From Craspedostauros australis (taxonomy: Eukaryota), in NCBI GenBank assembly GCA_030167865.1, contig JALAGF010003405.1:62001-91148 (forward strand): 29,148 bases of DNA, written 5' to 3'. The translations under genes were made by a program, and so were the position numbers. Below the pieces are notes generated by a model that had not been told where the DNA came from, made no database searches, and saw nothing but the letters and a program-made list of their open reading frames with translations. Positions 1-11,178 of this stretch are shown one piece after another. Every line of letters begins with the position of its first letter. The first letter of the stretch is position 1.

Positions 1-3000
1 GCATGAATACCGTCACGAGCAGCATGAATGTGATCCCCGCTACCCAGTGCACGATAGCGAATGAGAACAGGTCCCTCGCCGCGAAGGATGTTCGGTCTTG
101 CACCGTATCACCAAAGAGTGACAGGGTGCATACATCCAGGTAAAGCCCGAGACTGGTGGGCATGAAGAACATCTTCAGAAACAGCAGCACTCCAACCTTG
201 ACGATTGATGTAGTCGCATCCAGTGCTGCTCCAAATCCTTCGGCATTCAAAGGGAGGACATTATCAATGTCAGCATCACCATGGCCATTCGCAAGTGGTT
301 CAGGTCGGTCTGCCAAGAACCTGTCCATGTTTTGAGGATCGGGGATTGGTGGAATCTCATTGCGGGCACCGCCAATTGGTTGCTGCACTTGTCCTTGTGC
401 TTGCGCTTGTTCCTGGCGTTGTCCTTCTGCCGCAGGCTGGTCGTCTCCTGCATTCGCAACGAGATTGTCAACTGCCTCTTCTTGTTGTTCTTGTTCTTGT
501 GCTGGTGCTGCGGCTGCTGCTGCTCCATCTGCGCCCGTGGCTACTGCTCCTTGCGGCGAGTTTTGCACTCCCGTAGAAGTTCTGAGAGTGTACAAGAGAA
601 AGCTGCTCCAAATAATGAATGCCGATAGAGAAATGTATCCGAGAAAGACCATGGCGATGTCGTCAAGTTGCAAAGTGGTTTTCAGCTTGGTGCTTTCGTC
701 CGTCACAGCGGTGATGATGGAGATGACGGTTGTCACATTCTTGTCGTCGGAATGAAGGTAAGGGATGGAGTGGATCACCTCGGTGCAGACCGTTGTGTTC
801 AGAAGGTATGAATTAACAATCGAGCCAAAGGATTTGGGAAGGAACATGAAGACGAACAGGGACAGCGCGTTGCATGCCAACAACCACATCAAGTTCCGCG
901 TCAGTAGATTGATGGGCCCCCGCAGTCCCAGCAACTCGTCCAACGCAACGTTGATTTCCATATCCTATGATTCAATGAGTGCGATCAGCAAGGTTGTGAA
1001 GCAGAGCAGACGATGGCGACATGTCAAAGGGGGAGGGGGAGATTTACAAAGTAAGTATGATGTCTCTGCATGGTAGGTGGCAGGTGCTGCGGAATCTTGT
1101 GAAGACACCGGAATGAACGAGCCAATGTAGGTAGAATCGCATACACCCACACAACGACAGAATCCCGTGGTAAAACCATTCACACATGCTGCATTGCAAA
1201 ACCGATCCACACGGGCTGCGGCATCCGATTGGCACAATACTCACCACCTGGTTGTCTTCGAAGATAGGGTCCAGCGGATCATTGATATCTCCAAACCCAC
1301 CCAACTCATGCTGTGGTTGGTTCAGGCCGAAGGGTCCTTGATCAACGTTGATTGGCGGCAGATTGTTCCCTCTTGCGCCTGCGTCGAGTGGGTTCCCGGC
1401 ACCTTGTCGTTGGTCATTTCTGAGAATATTGTCGATTCTGTCCATACCATCGCCACCAGCCCCAGGAACTCCATCATCGTCGTCGTCGTCGTCATCCAGT
1501 TCGTTCAGCACGAAATGTTCAAAGTTCAGCGCAAGCTCCTCTTCGTCCAGTTCGTCATCTTCGTTGGAGTCCACGTCGAGAATCTCACCGTCGCCATCAG
1601 TGCCATCGGCAACACCATTGCCATTGTTGTTCCTGTCGTGAACGTGGTCATCCAACGCAACGTCGCCGGGAATGTCGTCAGCAGAATCACCAACACGGTC
1701 TGGATTTGTTGGATGTCCGGTGGTACCATTGGAAGCAGCGCCAGCCGCAGCATCGTCAACGGTAGCGCCATTGTCAGTGTCGTTGGATTGGCCAGCTCCC
1801 ATCTCTCGGGAATTCTGTTGTTGGTGCGGGCCCTCCCGCTGCTCTGCGTCATCCAATTCCTGCCTGAGTCCCTGTTCGATGATCCGTACGTGATCGACGA
1901 TTGCTTGATCGATCCTTTGTTCGTTCTCGTCAATATTGATGTTGTTGAGGCGGTTGCCATTCTGCTGGTGTGGGCGTAGTTGCTGCAGATTATCTACGTC
2001 GATATTGCCGTTGCCGTCAACGTTAACGTTGATGTTGTGCATATCATGTCCGTTGCCCATAGCGTTGCCCACATCATTTTCATCGTCTTGCTGACGCGCT
2101 TGCCTCGGTGGTTCCTGCCAGTGTATTCGGAGAAAGTCGGCAAAGCTCATCAAACTGATGAGGCTGATGGCGATTGTGGCAACGATGACTGCGCCGCTGA
2201 CCGTGTCAACTGCCAGCAAAGCCCAGGTCCATCTGGAAGGAATAGAAGATGCGCGGAACATGAATATGTGATAGAGGTACGATGTGATGAGGGGTGCCAC
2301 GATGAGCCACATGGAGGCCGCTAAGGCGATCCGCAGCATGAACGGAAGCCATTTGGACATCATGCGGCTGCAGAGACCTAGTATAACCTCGTAGAAGGGA
2401 AGCTGATCGGGTGCATTGTTAGCGTACTGTGGCTCGAAGCGAAACTTGGTCTTGCAGACCTCGCAACGTCCTATGATTCCGTAAAGAATATGAAGATGGC
2501 CATTCGGCATCGCCGATAAATGATTCGACATGCGAAAGAAATGGTTGACGATTGTGAGTGTTGATGTTCGGTAAACATCCATTCCAATTCCAATACCAAT
2601 ACCAATACCCATACCCATACCGTATCAATATGAATGAAAATTCAATTCTGAGGACGAGAAGACGGGCATGAGATGCTGCACGAAGCAATGCGTCACATGA
2701 TCGTAGACCGTCCGTTTGTAACATGACGCAACGTATCACGACGCAATGTAACGTACCGTCTCCGCGCGTGACCTCTAGCCACGATGTCAAGCAATCCTGG
2801 TGAACCAAGCCGATCGACCCGGAGCACTTGCAGGGATGAAATAGAGGTTGGCTGTGTGATGTGCAAGATGATGGGAGGGGAGGAAACGTAAGCAAAAGGC
2901 ATATCGGCAGCATGCAATGGGCCCATGCATACATCCACCCATCCATTCAGTATATCTATATATCCATGTATCCATATATCCATGCATCTATGCATTCATG

Positions 3001-3579
3001 TGTGTATCTGAACGCATGCTCGCGTGGAACCATTGACACCCATCGTCACTCGTGAGCAAAGATCTCTCTGCCATGAATCGCAGCATCATTTCGTAGCACA
3101 GAACCGCATATAATCGCATCATGCATGTGAAGCAGGAATAGCGTTACAGAATTGGGTTTTCACGAAGCAATGACTCACTCGTCTGTGGTTGGTCCACGGC
3201 ACACTCTGCATTCATCTTCTTCCTCAGCATGCGCTTCATCCGCTGCTGCTGCTGCCTCATTGCGCGTCTCATTGCGCGTCTCATTGGTGGTGCCTCCATT
3301 GACTTGAGCATCGACCTCTGCCTTCTCCTCCTCTTCTTGTTGCTCCTGCTCCTGCTCCTGCTGTTGATGTTGATCTACAGCCACTTCCTGTTCCCGTTGG
3401 TGGAGCTCAGCTTCATCTTCATCGTTGTGGTCCTTGTTGTCTTCTTCTCCACTCTCCTTTCGCAGTGGTTGGTCATTGTGGCGACTGTGGTCATCGTGGT
3501 CACCCTCGCCTGCCTGCTCTGCCTGGTTGATGGCTTCGGCGAACGCATGATCGGCCTCCTGATGAACGAGATCGTCCAT
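1..3579 (-). CDS. MARCH6: RING-CH (RINGv) transmembrane E3 ubiquitin ligase, MARCH6/Doa10/SUD1 family; 4 exons visible, 3' end beyond the window
   Basis: Manually spliced exons 3579-3179, 2851-2757, 2470-1245 and 964-<1. All introns are GT-AG (donors GTGAGT, GTACGT, GTGAGT; acceptors CAG, TAG, TAG) with consistent phases 2, 1, 0. They rebuild a complete C4HC3 RING-CH: CRVCRGPTTDDQPLFHPCKCSGSIGLVHQDCLTSWLEVTRGDGRCEVCKTKFRFEPQY. This is followed by TM helices, ELLGLRGP and a TD-domain-like VKVGVLLFLKMFFMPTSLGLYLDVCTLSLF...HWVAG. Exon 4 is stop-free to base 1 and is missed by the ORF track. Confidence 0.93.
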
Positions 3580-4046
3580 GACGGAATTGATGCTCGCGAA
3601 CAGAGTGCTCTACGTGCGGCAATCACTCAGCGCGCTTCTCTGATCGATCAATCAATCAATCAATCCACTGCCTGACAGCGTGATGGGTATAATAGTATGC
3701 AATGGATATGATCGAAGGCGTCTTCCTCAGGAATGTCTGGACGTGGGCCTTGCACACTCTGGGTTATCGGTTGGACTACGATCTATCAGTATTGTCGGTG
3801 CTGTTGTTCACTTTGTGTCGTCTGTGGCCTCTTTGGTCTTCTCCGGAGGGAGGCTGCGATGCGGATGTGGTCTTTGTTTCGCTTTGCTTTGCTTTGCTTC
3901 TCTTGTTGTGTTCCTCTCTTCGTCTTTCTTGTGACAACCGTTGATTCTGCCACGCAGAGCCTCCGTCTCCATTGTACCCGAAAAACACTGTGCACAGCCG
4001 CGTGGTCGAGCGAAAGAGATCGCAATCAACACGCAAAATCAGAAGC

Positions 4047-4055
4047 GTGACGTGG
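4047..4055 (+). promoter_or_regulatory. UPRE-like bZIP site GTGACGTGG about 470 bp upstream of the MARCH6/Doa10 start
   Basis: Exact TGACGTGG (the metazoan XBP1-bound UPRE consensus; the TGACGT core is also a general bZIP/aureochrome site) at 4048-4055. Function is inferred only. Confidence 0.35.
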
Positions 4056-4487
4056 AAAGAAGCTATCAAAGTCCGTTAGCCATCAATACATGCTACAAGT
4101 AGGGCGCTGAGCTTGAGCTACATGATGTGCATCCGCACACAGCGCATTTAACCATCCCTCTTTCTTTCATCTAACTCTCGCCTTCTACTTTTATTGTATT
4201 TCTGTTCTCTACGAGTGCAGTGTGTACCATATGGACTCCACACGCATTCCCCCCTTCTGTCGCCGTGCGAGGTGGTTCCGATGTCAACAATCCATCGATG
4301 TCTCCCAATCGCCAGGCTCTCTCTGTTTGTCTCTGTCTCTCATTATATTGTTGGTAGGTTTCTATTTCGTCTTCCCCCACCGCATGCATGGCACTATGCG
4401 TGGATCGCCATGACTGCGATACCTGGGATGAACAACGTCGCGTGTTCAATAGTACTCACCAAAATCCTCGGAATCGTCAAAGACCTG

Positions 4488-5222
4488 CTATGCCAACCGC
4501 ATCATCGCTCTCTTCGTCTTCTGGATGTGATCGAGCAACTTCGTTTCCAGCTCCTGTTCACGGTAGAAATCCGAGTTCAGCTGCGACTGCATGATGTCGA
4601 CATGCGGGATGCCGGCGTCCATCAGGATGTCATACCGCGTCGCTGCAGACAGTCGGCCAGGACGTCTGCGAAGGCTGGACGACGATGACGACGATGATGA
4701 CGACGACGACGAGGATCTGCTGTGGGAGGAGTTGGAATCCATCTCGGCTCTGTAGGCTTCCACGTCTGCCACGGTCGTTCGCGTTGTTCGGATCGGCGTC
4801 CAGTCCAAGGCGACCGGCGCGCCGCAGGATACCACGCCCGATCCGAGTGTGATGGAGTACTCGCGGATCTCGATGCTTGAGAATCGCACATTCCGTCGTT
4901 CTTTCACAGTCGGTGTTGGCACTGGTCTTGATCTTGATGAGGTTCTCTCCGTCTTCTTTGTTTGCTTTGTGCGTGGGCTAAAGATTGCCGTTGGTGGCGC
5001 GATCACGGAGCTCTTCATCTGGCCGTTCATCGTAAATCTCGACCGTCCGCGCCTTTGCCGGCGTTTCTCTCTGCGACGATCGCGGCGGTTGGCCCGTCGT
5101 TGTTTCTGCATCGCCTCGTATCCGGACAGCGAAAAGATGGCCATGAAGGCATTGACGTTGGTCACTTTGTCTGGAGCGCACATCGTGAGTTGCTTTTGCT
5201 TCGATGTTGGAATTGTGAGCAT
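4488..5222 (-). CDS. Hypothetical protein with RNVRF-x2-IEIREY-x3-LG...GAPVALDW motif (start at 5222 or 5183)
   Basis: 244-codon ORF with a basic N-terminal region, a compact motif RRNVRFSSIEIREYSITLGSGVVSCGAPVALDW followed by RLSAATRYDILMDAG, and a poly-Ser linker. From memory, this motif pattern recurs in diatom uncharacterised proteins. Confidence 0.7.
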   Translation of the reverse strand: MLTIPTSKQKQLTMCAPDKVTNVNAFMAIFSLSGYEAMQKQRRANRRDRRREKRRQRRGRSRFTMNGQMKSSVIAPPTAIFSPRTKQTKKTERTSSRSRPVPTPTVKERRNVRFSSIEIREYSITLGSGVVSCGAPVALDWTPIRTTRTTVADVEAYRAEMDSNSSHSRSSSSSSSSSSSSSSLRRRPGRLSAATRYDILMDAGIPHVDIMQSQLNSDFYREQELETKLLDHIQKTKRAMMRLA

Positions 5223-6768
5223 TCTATGTTACTCTGCTCTACTTGGACTCCATGCGCAACGGTTGCATTTACATGCTCTGCAGTTTCGGACTGTGCATCA
5301 TCACATGGCGATGTGCATTCCACCATCCACGTGATGCGATGTGATGGGAGGCCTGCTTACGAGCTATCTTCTCCACCAGGAGCATTTCCAGGCGATCATC
5401 TGTAATCACGGTACTAATACCCAGCTCCACGCACTCTGTAGATGGATGACATGCTTGGATGTGGAGAGGCGAGGTGAGGAGAGTCGACACGTTGCGAGTG
5501 TGGACCGATGCGTGGAAAAGCCTTGGGATTTGATTCGAAATCGACACATCAACCAGGTCGCAAAGTTTCGTCCAATCAACTCAATTTTTGCGACAGCTTC
5601 CATTTGTGGACAGACTCAATCACTCCTTTCTTCCAGGCAGGCGTTGTTTGCTTTGTCTTGTCCCGTATCGCTGCGACTCCGTCGAGTTAACAACACATGG
5701 TCCGAACAACCCAAAGCGTGAACTTTTCTCGTTCTCTGATACGTCTGCGACACGTATGCGACACATTCAATGGATGTTTACAGAGGAAAATAGTTTTGTT
5801 CACAATTTTGCGACAGATTGCTCAACGCGTTTCGTCTTCCCCCCTCGGAACAAATCGCAACGCAATCTCATGTACCATGGGTACGTCCCATCCGGAGCGC
5901 AGCAGAGTATTATAATACATGGCCAGATCTGTCTCGTTGATGCCATTGAATGGGTGGGCCAATCATGAGGAGACATTCATTGCTTTATTCTGTGTGCACA
6001 TGATACTCGTCAGAAGGTGAACTTGCAGTACCGGCAGTGTTTCTTAGATGATCACAACATCGCAGAACGAGACGTGGAGAGAGTATGGTAGATTGCGACT
6101 CAGCGACTCGTCGGTTCGGTAGTTGAGGATTCGAGTCCACAGTTGTAGCCGTGCTACGGATACATCTGTCTCCATCCACTTTTGTCATCGTTGGCTGCCG
6201 TTTGAGCAATTGGCGATCTGACGATTGATGGCCCTTACTCCATGAGCCAAAGAGATGTGTGCTCGTGTCTGCGCGGAGGTAGGATGGAAAATTGGCTTCA
6301 CATGAGAACAAGACATGCTCCAAACCGTACCGCCAAGAAGGCGGCAACACTCTGCGTTGAATCAATTCTGTGCAATGGGTGTCAACAGCATTGCGGATAC
6401 CAATCCAGCTCTCTGCCTGCCTGCCTGTCTCTCCCTCTCCCCAAGTCATCACTCCCTCGTCGTCGTCTTCGCCTTGGTCTTCCTCCTTCACCCGACTCCG
6501 CCAACTGACCCCTGCTGGCTCCAATTCGGTTGGAACGAGAGTGTTGTGATGTGACAGATGATGTGCTTTCCATTCTCTATTCGTACGCGTGCTCGTGGTG
6601 TGACGCGACTTGATGGGATTGTGAAATAGTGCTCCTCTCTTCAGAGAGAGAGAGAGAGACAGCAGAGTGCTGCGTGTGTTACAAATACAAAGGCGCTATT
6701 TATCACACTTTACATACTGATTCTCTACAACCGGAATCATGTGCGCTGCGTATGGCTGTTCTCACCAT

Positions 6769-9700
6769 CTACTCTGATCCATCCGTCAAAACGGAAACAT
6801 CATCCTCATCTTCCTCCACCATGCCGATGCCCAACGTTCCAGAAGCACGGCGGTTCTTTCCCTGTCCAGACCTGGAAATGATGGGCGTGATCGTTGAGAT
6901 CGTTCCCGTGTTACCTCCGATGGTGTCTTCGGATGAATTTCCCTTTCCGGGCAAGCCAACGGTCACCATCTGCATCTTACTTGCTGCCATCTCCTGCAAA
7001 GTCAAGAGCTTCTCGTGATCAAGGAACTCCATGCGGCGCTGCTTGATGTCGTCGACCTTGGCCATGCAACCCCAGGCGGTGTAGTACTTGACAGCCTCCA
7101 TGAAATAATCGCGGATCATCTCCTTCTTCCCCATTCGCAAGAAAGCTTCGCCGGCAAGCTCCGACGCGAGGGCCGCGTCGTGCAAGCAGCCGTTCTTCTT
7201 CGCGATGAGAATCGCGAGCTCGTACCTGTCCCTGATCTTGCTGGGATGGGCCTTCGTGACGGCCTTGACTTCGGCCTCCAGCAGGAAACTGCGATGCAAG
7301 CAGTTCGCTCCTTTGTCGCGCGCCAGCTTCTCCAGAGTCTCATCGGCCCGCCGGAGTTTCCTCAGGTACTTCCTCTTCTTGGTTGCTCTGTAGCATCCCG
7401 CAGCTGCCAGACCCGTGAACATGAGTCTGGAAACGAGCTGCGCGTACGAATGATCACCCTTGGCAACTCCCGCGAACCGATCGGCGATCTTGTCAGCCTG
7501 ATCGTAACGGAAGAAGTAGACAGCAAGTTGCAGACGCACCCAGTATCCGATCATCAAATCGACGACGTTATCGGAACCTTCCTTGCCGTCGGCGTCTACA
7601 CCGAAGTTGCACACATCGTCCCAGTCGGTGGTAAGCTCTCCTGTCATGTACCGCATCATCTTGAACTGCGAATCGGCAGCCCTTGCGATGTTCGCGATTT
7701 GGTATTGCTTGGCCTGATGAGCCAAGGCGTAGCCGTCATGGATGACGGATTGCAGAAGGTGACCGACCGTGTAGCACAGGGTGACGCGTGCGTGCCAGTT
7801 GATGCACGCCACCTCGACGTCACCGACTTGCATCGATGTCTCGTACCCTTGCTGCAGGTCCTCGAGCTGCTCTTCGTGCGGTTTGTCCCACGCGAAAGTG
7901 TACATGGAGGTGTGGAATGCCACGCGGCCTGCGATCACCTTGCCGTTGGTGATGTGGACGATCTTCTTGGACAGCATCGCCACCCTGCTGGCAGTCTCAT
8001 GGTCGTTCATGGTGTCCATCAGCATGCCGAACATGAAGACAGGGTACGCCGAATACTTGCACAGTCCACGTTTCCGGATGAGCTTGATCTGCTGGCCGAT
8101 GCAGACGAACCAAAGCAGCAGGCTCTTCGTGAAGTACGCCTGGACGGAGAGCTCGTTGAGGAGTTGCATCGTCATTTCGGTCGTGGGATCTTGGGTGATG
8201 GGGAGGTTAAGGAAGTCTTCATCCGACATCTTGCGGAAGAATGACTTGCAGGAACGCCACCCTTTCGCGGCGTGCAGTGCGAACCACCTGCGGGGGAAGA
8301 CCTTGAGGTCTTGCGTCACGTTGCAGATGAGGTGGAGCGCGGCCAGGTGCTGGTCCTGGCGACTCAGTGTCTTCGCCATGGCGACGTACGCCGGTAGCTT
8401 TTCCTCGAGAGTGTTGGCCCGATCCAGGACGATTTCGAAGAGGTCGCTGGCGACGCTGTAGTTGCCCAACGCTGCCTCCGTGCTGGCCCTCGTGTGATGC
8501 AGGTGGATGAAGAAGTCGTAGTTTTCGTCGCTCATTCGGTCGCGGACTTTCTGGAAGACACTGTGCGCCTTCGCCAGGTACATGGAGGCCGCCGTGAGCG
8601 CGCCCTTCGAGACGGACTTTTGACCGACCTCCAGGTTGAGGCGGGCGAGGAACCAATGGTCCTTGCTGGGGACGCAGTTGAGATGGTCCGCCGCGATGAA
8701 GAACATTGCATCGTCGACTGCTGCCGCGTTGCTGATTCTGGTGTCCTGGACGTACGAGTGTCGGAAGATCCCGAGCATGCTGTGGCCGATCTTGGTGCGG
8801 AGCTTGTTGCGGTACTCGCCGCACGGGATGGCGTTGTAGGATGCCTGCTGGATGAGGCAGTGCGCAAATCGATAGCTGGAGCCTCCGATGGTGTTACTCA
8901 GCAGTCCTTCCAGCACGGCTCGCTCCACAAACGGCGTGATGTCATCTTCGCATGCGTTCGCATCGCGCGAATCATCAACAGTATCAACAGCATCAGCTTG
9001 TCCACCCCAGCACATGATGTCTTCGTCGTATTCCTCCATGAGCGGCTTGGCGTCGTCCCAGATGGCCTGCAGCGTGGCAACTTCGAATTGAAACTGGATA
9101 TACGATGCCACCGTCAGAAGCTGTTGCAGCATCTTCGGTAACCGTCTCATCCTGGTGGCGACGAGCTCCTCGATGCTGCTGTCGATGGACAGCGATTCCA
9201 GATTCGCGCCGTCCGAGTTGCTGCTTGGATCCGAGGCCCACGTCCAGGAGTTACATACGCTGTCGAATACGATGTGCTGTTCTCGTTGCAGCTCTTCGAG
9301 GGCCTGGAATGTGTGGAAGGGGTTGCCGCGCGTCTTGCTGTGCAGCTTGACAGAAAGCGCCTGGATGGTCTTTGACGGGGCATCAAACATCGACGTCAAC
9401 CACTCGTTGACATCCGCCACGGTCAGGTTGTACAGCTTCACTTGCGACAGGGCGGGGTCGTATCCAGGCAATTGGCTGATCTCCTCCATCATGTGCAGCA
9501 CGGGGTTATCAGGCGGGAGGTTGAGCTTGTGCTGTTGAATGGGAGCGATGGTGTTGCTATGCGAGTCGATGCCATCTTCGCGAATGGTGCCGAAGAGGAT
9601 GAAGTTGGTCATGGAGAGATCCAGCAGAATGCGCTTGAGCAGAGTCAATGTTGCGGACGAAGCCCACTGCAGGTCATCGAGGAGGAGGATGATGGCTGGG

Positions 9701-11178
9701 GATTGCGGTGCTTCGGCTGGTGCCTGGTGCTGCTTGAGGTGATTGAGATCAATGCCGAGCTCGTTGGCGGCTTTGGCAGGCTCGTCTGGAATGGGCGGCG
9801 GCGACGAGATGGTCTTGATGAACTTTGTGAATAGGTACTGCACCCGCTTCCATGTGTCACCAGCATCGATGCTGGGATCTGCGCGATCCGAGCCCAGCTG
9901 TCTGCTGCGTCGCCTAACTGCTGCGTTCGTCGGCTGCGGCTCCATGTTGAGCGAGAACTCATCCGAGCTGTCCGTGGTTTCATCCAAGCACACCAGGCTC
10001 GAAAGAGAAGGGACGATCTGGACCAGCATGCGGATATCATCTTGCGACAGCTCGGACGCCAGCTTGGCTTGGAAGTACTCCAGGTCCCTCCGAGGGCCGT
10101 GCTCCAGCTCCCGCACGAAGCCGGAGATGGCCTGGGCCAACGCGACGTACGGATTGCTCATCCCATTGAACTCGTCGAGCTTGCCTCTGAGGATGTAGGC
10201 CCTCCTCTTGGCCCTTGTCGTCCCCTTGTCGGTGCCGCTGTCGATGGTTTCAAGTCTGCTGCTACTCCTGGGTTGCGTGGTGCGTGGCTCCTGCTGCAGC
10301 CTGGCTTTGAGGTTGGTGAGGAACTCTTCCAGGAGCCTGGACTTTCCCGTTCCGCTCACGCCCGACACAAACACAGCTGGGATGGGATGGCGGTGCGGGC
10401 TTTCGTCATTGTCTGCAGGGTTCGTCTGTGGCTGAATCGTCCTCTGGCTTCGTTGCTGCTGCTGCTGCTGTATCTGCTGCTGTTGTAACTGGTGCTGCTG
10501 CTGTAACTGATGCTGTTGTCTCTGCTGTATCTGTTGCAGCTGCTGTAGCTGCTGCCGTTGGTGCTGAAGCCGGTGTTGGAGTTGCAGATGCTGCCGCAGA
10601 AAGTGTCGTTGCTGTAGCTTCTGATACTGCTGCTGCCGCTCCTGCTGTGGCTGCGTGATGATGCGATCGTATGCATCGGAGAGCACCTTCATCTCGGCTG
10701 ACCGGCCGAACATGGCCTTGGGAAGGGTGCTGGTGGTGCGAGCGTCGGTGGCGGAAGCATCGGCTGGGCCTCTGGAGTTCGATCGACTCACGGGTGTTCC
10801 TGCATGCTCATGCTGCTGTTGCTCATGCTGCTGTTGCTCATGCTGCTGCGGCTGCTTTTCATTGGTATTCGTACGCGTATTTGTGCTGCCGCTGGTGCTG
10901 GTGCTGTGGCTGGTGCTCAAGGAGGATGCTGCGCTCATGGGCACGCTCATGGTGTCGCTGATCGTCGCTGCGTCCATCATCATCATGTGCGCTTTGGATT
11001 CAGTCTGCGGACATGCCTGGTGGGAATGTTCTGTCTGCTGGCTTCCTTCCTTGTTCCTTCCTCGCATTGCTGCATTGCCGTCTTGTTGTTGTTGTTGCTT
11101 CTGTTGTTGCTTCTGTTGTTGCTTCTGTTGCTTCTGTTCATGTTGTTGCTGTTGTTGCTGTTGCTGCTGTTGCTCCAT
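6769..11178 (-). CDS. STAND-class P-loop NTPase (AAA_16/COG3899-like) with C-terminal TPR-like helical region and N-terminal polyQ
   Basis: 1469-aa intronless ORF. Motifs: MFGRSAE, Walker A GVSGTGKS (10339-10362), GKLDE..PY, Walker B IILLLDDLQWA (~9661-9693), KTRGNPF (GxP), YRFAHCLIQQASY, and the C-terminal LASELAG...AVKYYTAWGCMAKV. These match the ATPase+TPR core of bacterial multi-domain sensor kinases. No kinase or HisKA domain is seen. Confidence 0.88.
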   Translation of the reverse strand: MEQQQQQQQQQQHEQKQQKQQQKQQQKQQQQQDGNAAMRGRNKEGSQQTEHSHQACPQTESKAHMMMMDAATISDTMSVPMSAASSLSTSHSTSTSGSTNTRTNTNEKQPQQHEQQQHEQQQHEHAGTPVSRSNSRGPADASATDARTTSTLPKAMFGRSAEMKVLSDAYDRIITQPQQERQQQYQKLQQRHFLRQHLQLQHRLQHQRQQLQQLQQIQQRQQHQLQQQHQLQQQQIQQQQQQRSQRTIQPQTNPADNDESPHRHPIPAVFVSGVSGTGKSRLLEEFLTNLKARLQQEPRTTQPRSSSRLETIDSGTDKGTTRAKRRAYILRGKLDEFNGMSNPYVALAQAISGFVRELEHGPRRDLEYFQAKLASELSQDDIRMLVQIVPSLSSLVCLDETTDSSDEFSLNMEPQPTNAAVRRRSRQLGSDRADPSIDAGDTWKRVQYLFTKFIKTISSPPPIPDEPAKAANELGIDLNHLKQHQAPAEAPQSPAIILLLDDLQWASSATLTLLKRILLDLSMTNFILFGTIREDGIDSHSNTIAPIQQHKLNLPPDNPVLHMMEEISQLPGYDPALSQVKLYNLTVADVNEWLTSMFDAPSKTIQALSVKLHSKTRGNPFHTFQALEELQREQHIVFDSVCNSWTWASDPSSNSDGANLESLSIDSSIEELVATRMRRLPKMLQQLLTVASYIQFQFEVATLQAIWDDAKPLMEEYDEDIMCWGGQADAVDTVDDSRDANACEDDITPFVERAVLEGLLSNTIGGSSYRFAHCLIQQASYNAIPCGEYRNKLRTKIGHSMLGIFRHSYVQDTRISNAAAVDDAMFFIAADHLNCVPSKDHWFLARLNLEVGQKSVSKGALTAASMYLAKAHSVFQKVRDRMSDENYDFFIHLHHTRASTEAALGNYSVASDLFEIVLDRANTLEEKLPAYVAMAKTLSRQDQHLAALHLICNVTQDLKVFPRRWFALHAAKGWRSCKSFFRKMSDEDFLNLPITQDPTTEMTMQLLNELSVQAYFTKSLLLWFVCIGQQIKLIRKRGLCKYSAYPVFMFGMLMDTMNDHETASRVAMLSKKIVHITNGKVIAGRVAFHTSMYTFAWDKPHEEQLEDLQQGYETSMQVGDVEVACINWHARVTLCYTVGHLLQSVIHDGYALAHQAKQYQIANIARAADSQFKMMRYMTGELTTDWDDVCNFGVDADGKEGSDNVVDLMIGYWVRLQLAVYFFRYDQADKIADRFAGVAKGDHSYAQLVSRLMFTGLAAAGCYRATKKRKYLRKLRRADETLEKLARDKGANCLHRSFLLEAEVKAVTKAHPSKIRDRYELAILIAKKNGCLHDAALASELAGEAFLRMGKKEMIRDYFMEAVKYYTAWGCMAKVDDIKQRRMEFLDHEKLLTLQEMAASKMQMVTVGLPGKGNSSEDTIGGNTGTISTITPIISRSGQGKNRRASGTLGIGMVEEDEDDVSVLTDGSE

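Noticed and set aside
7015-10488. Long plus-strand ORFs (e.g. 7015-8244, 8494-9141)
   Set aside because: Antisense shadows of the GC3-rich STAND gene with no motifs. The same applies to 1167-1979, 22902-23360, 24524-25198 and 28158-29003.
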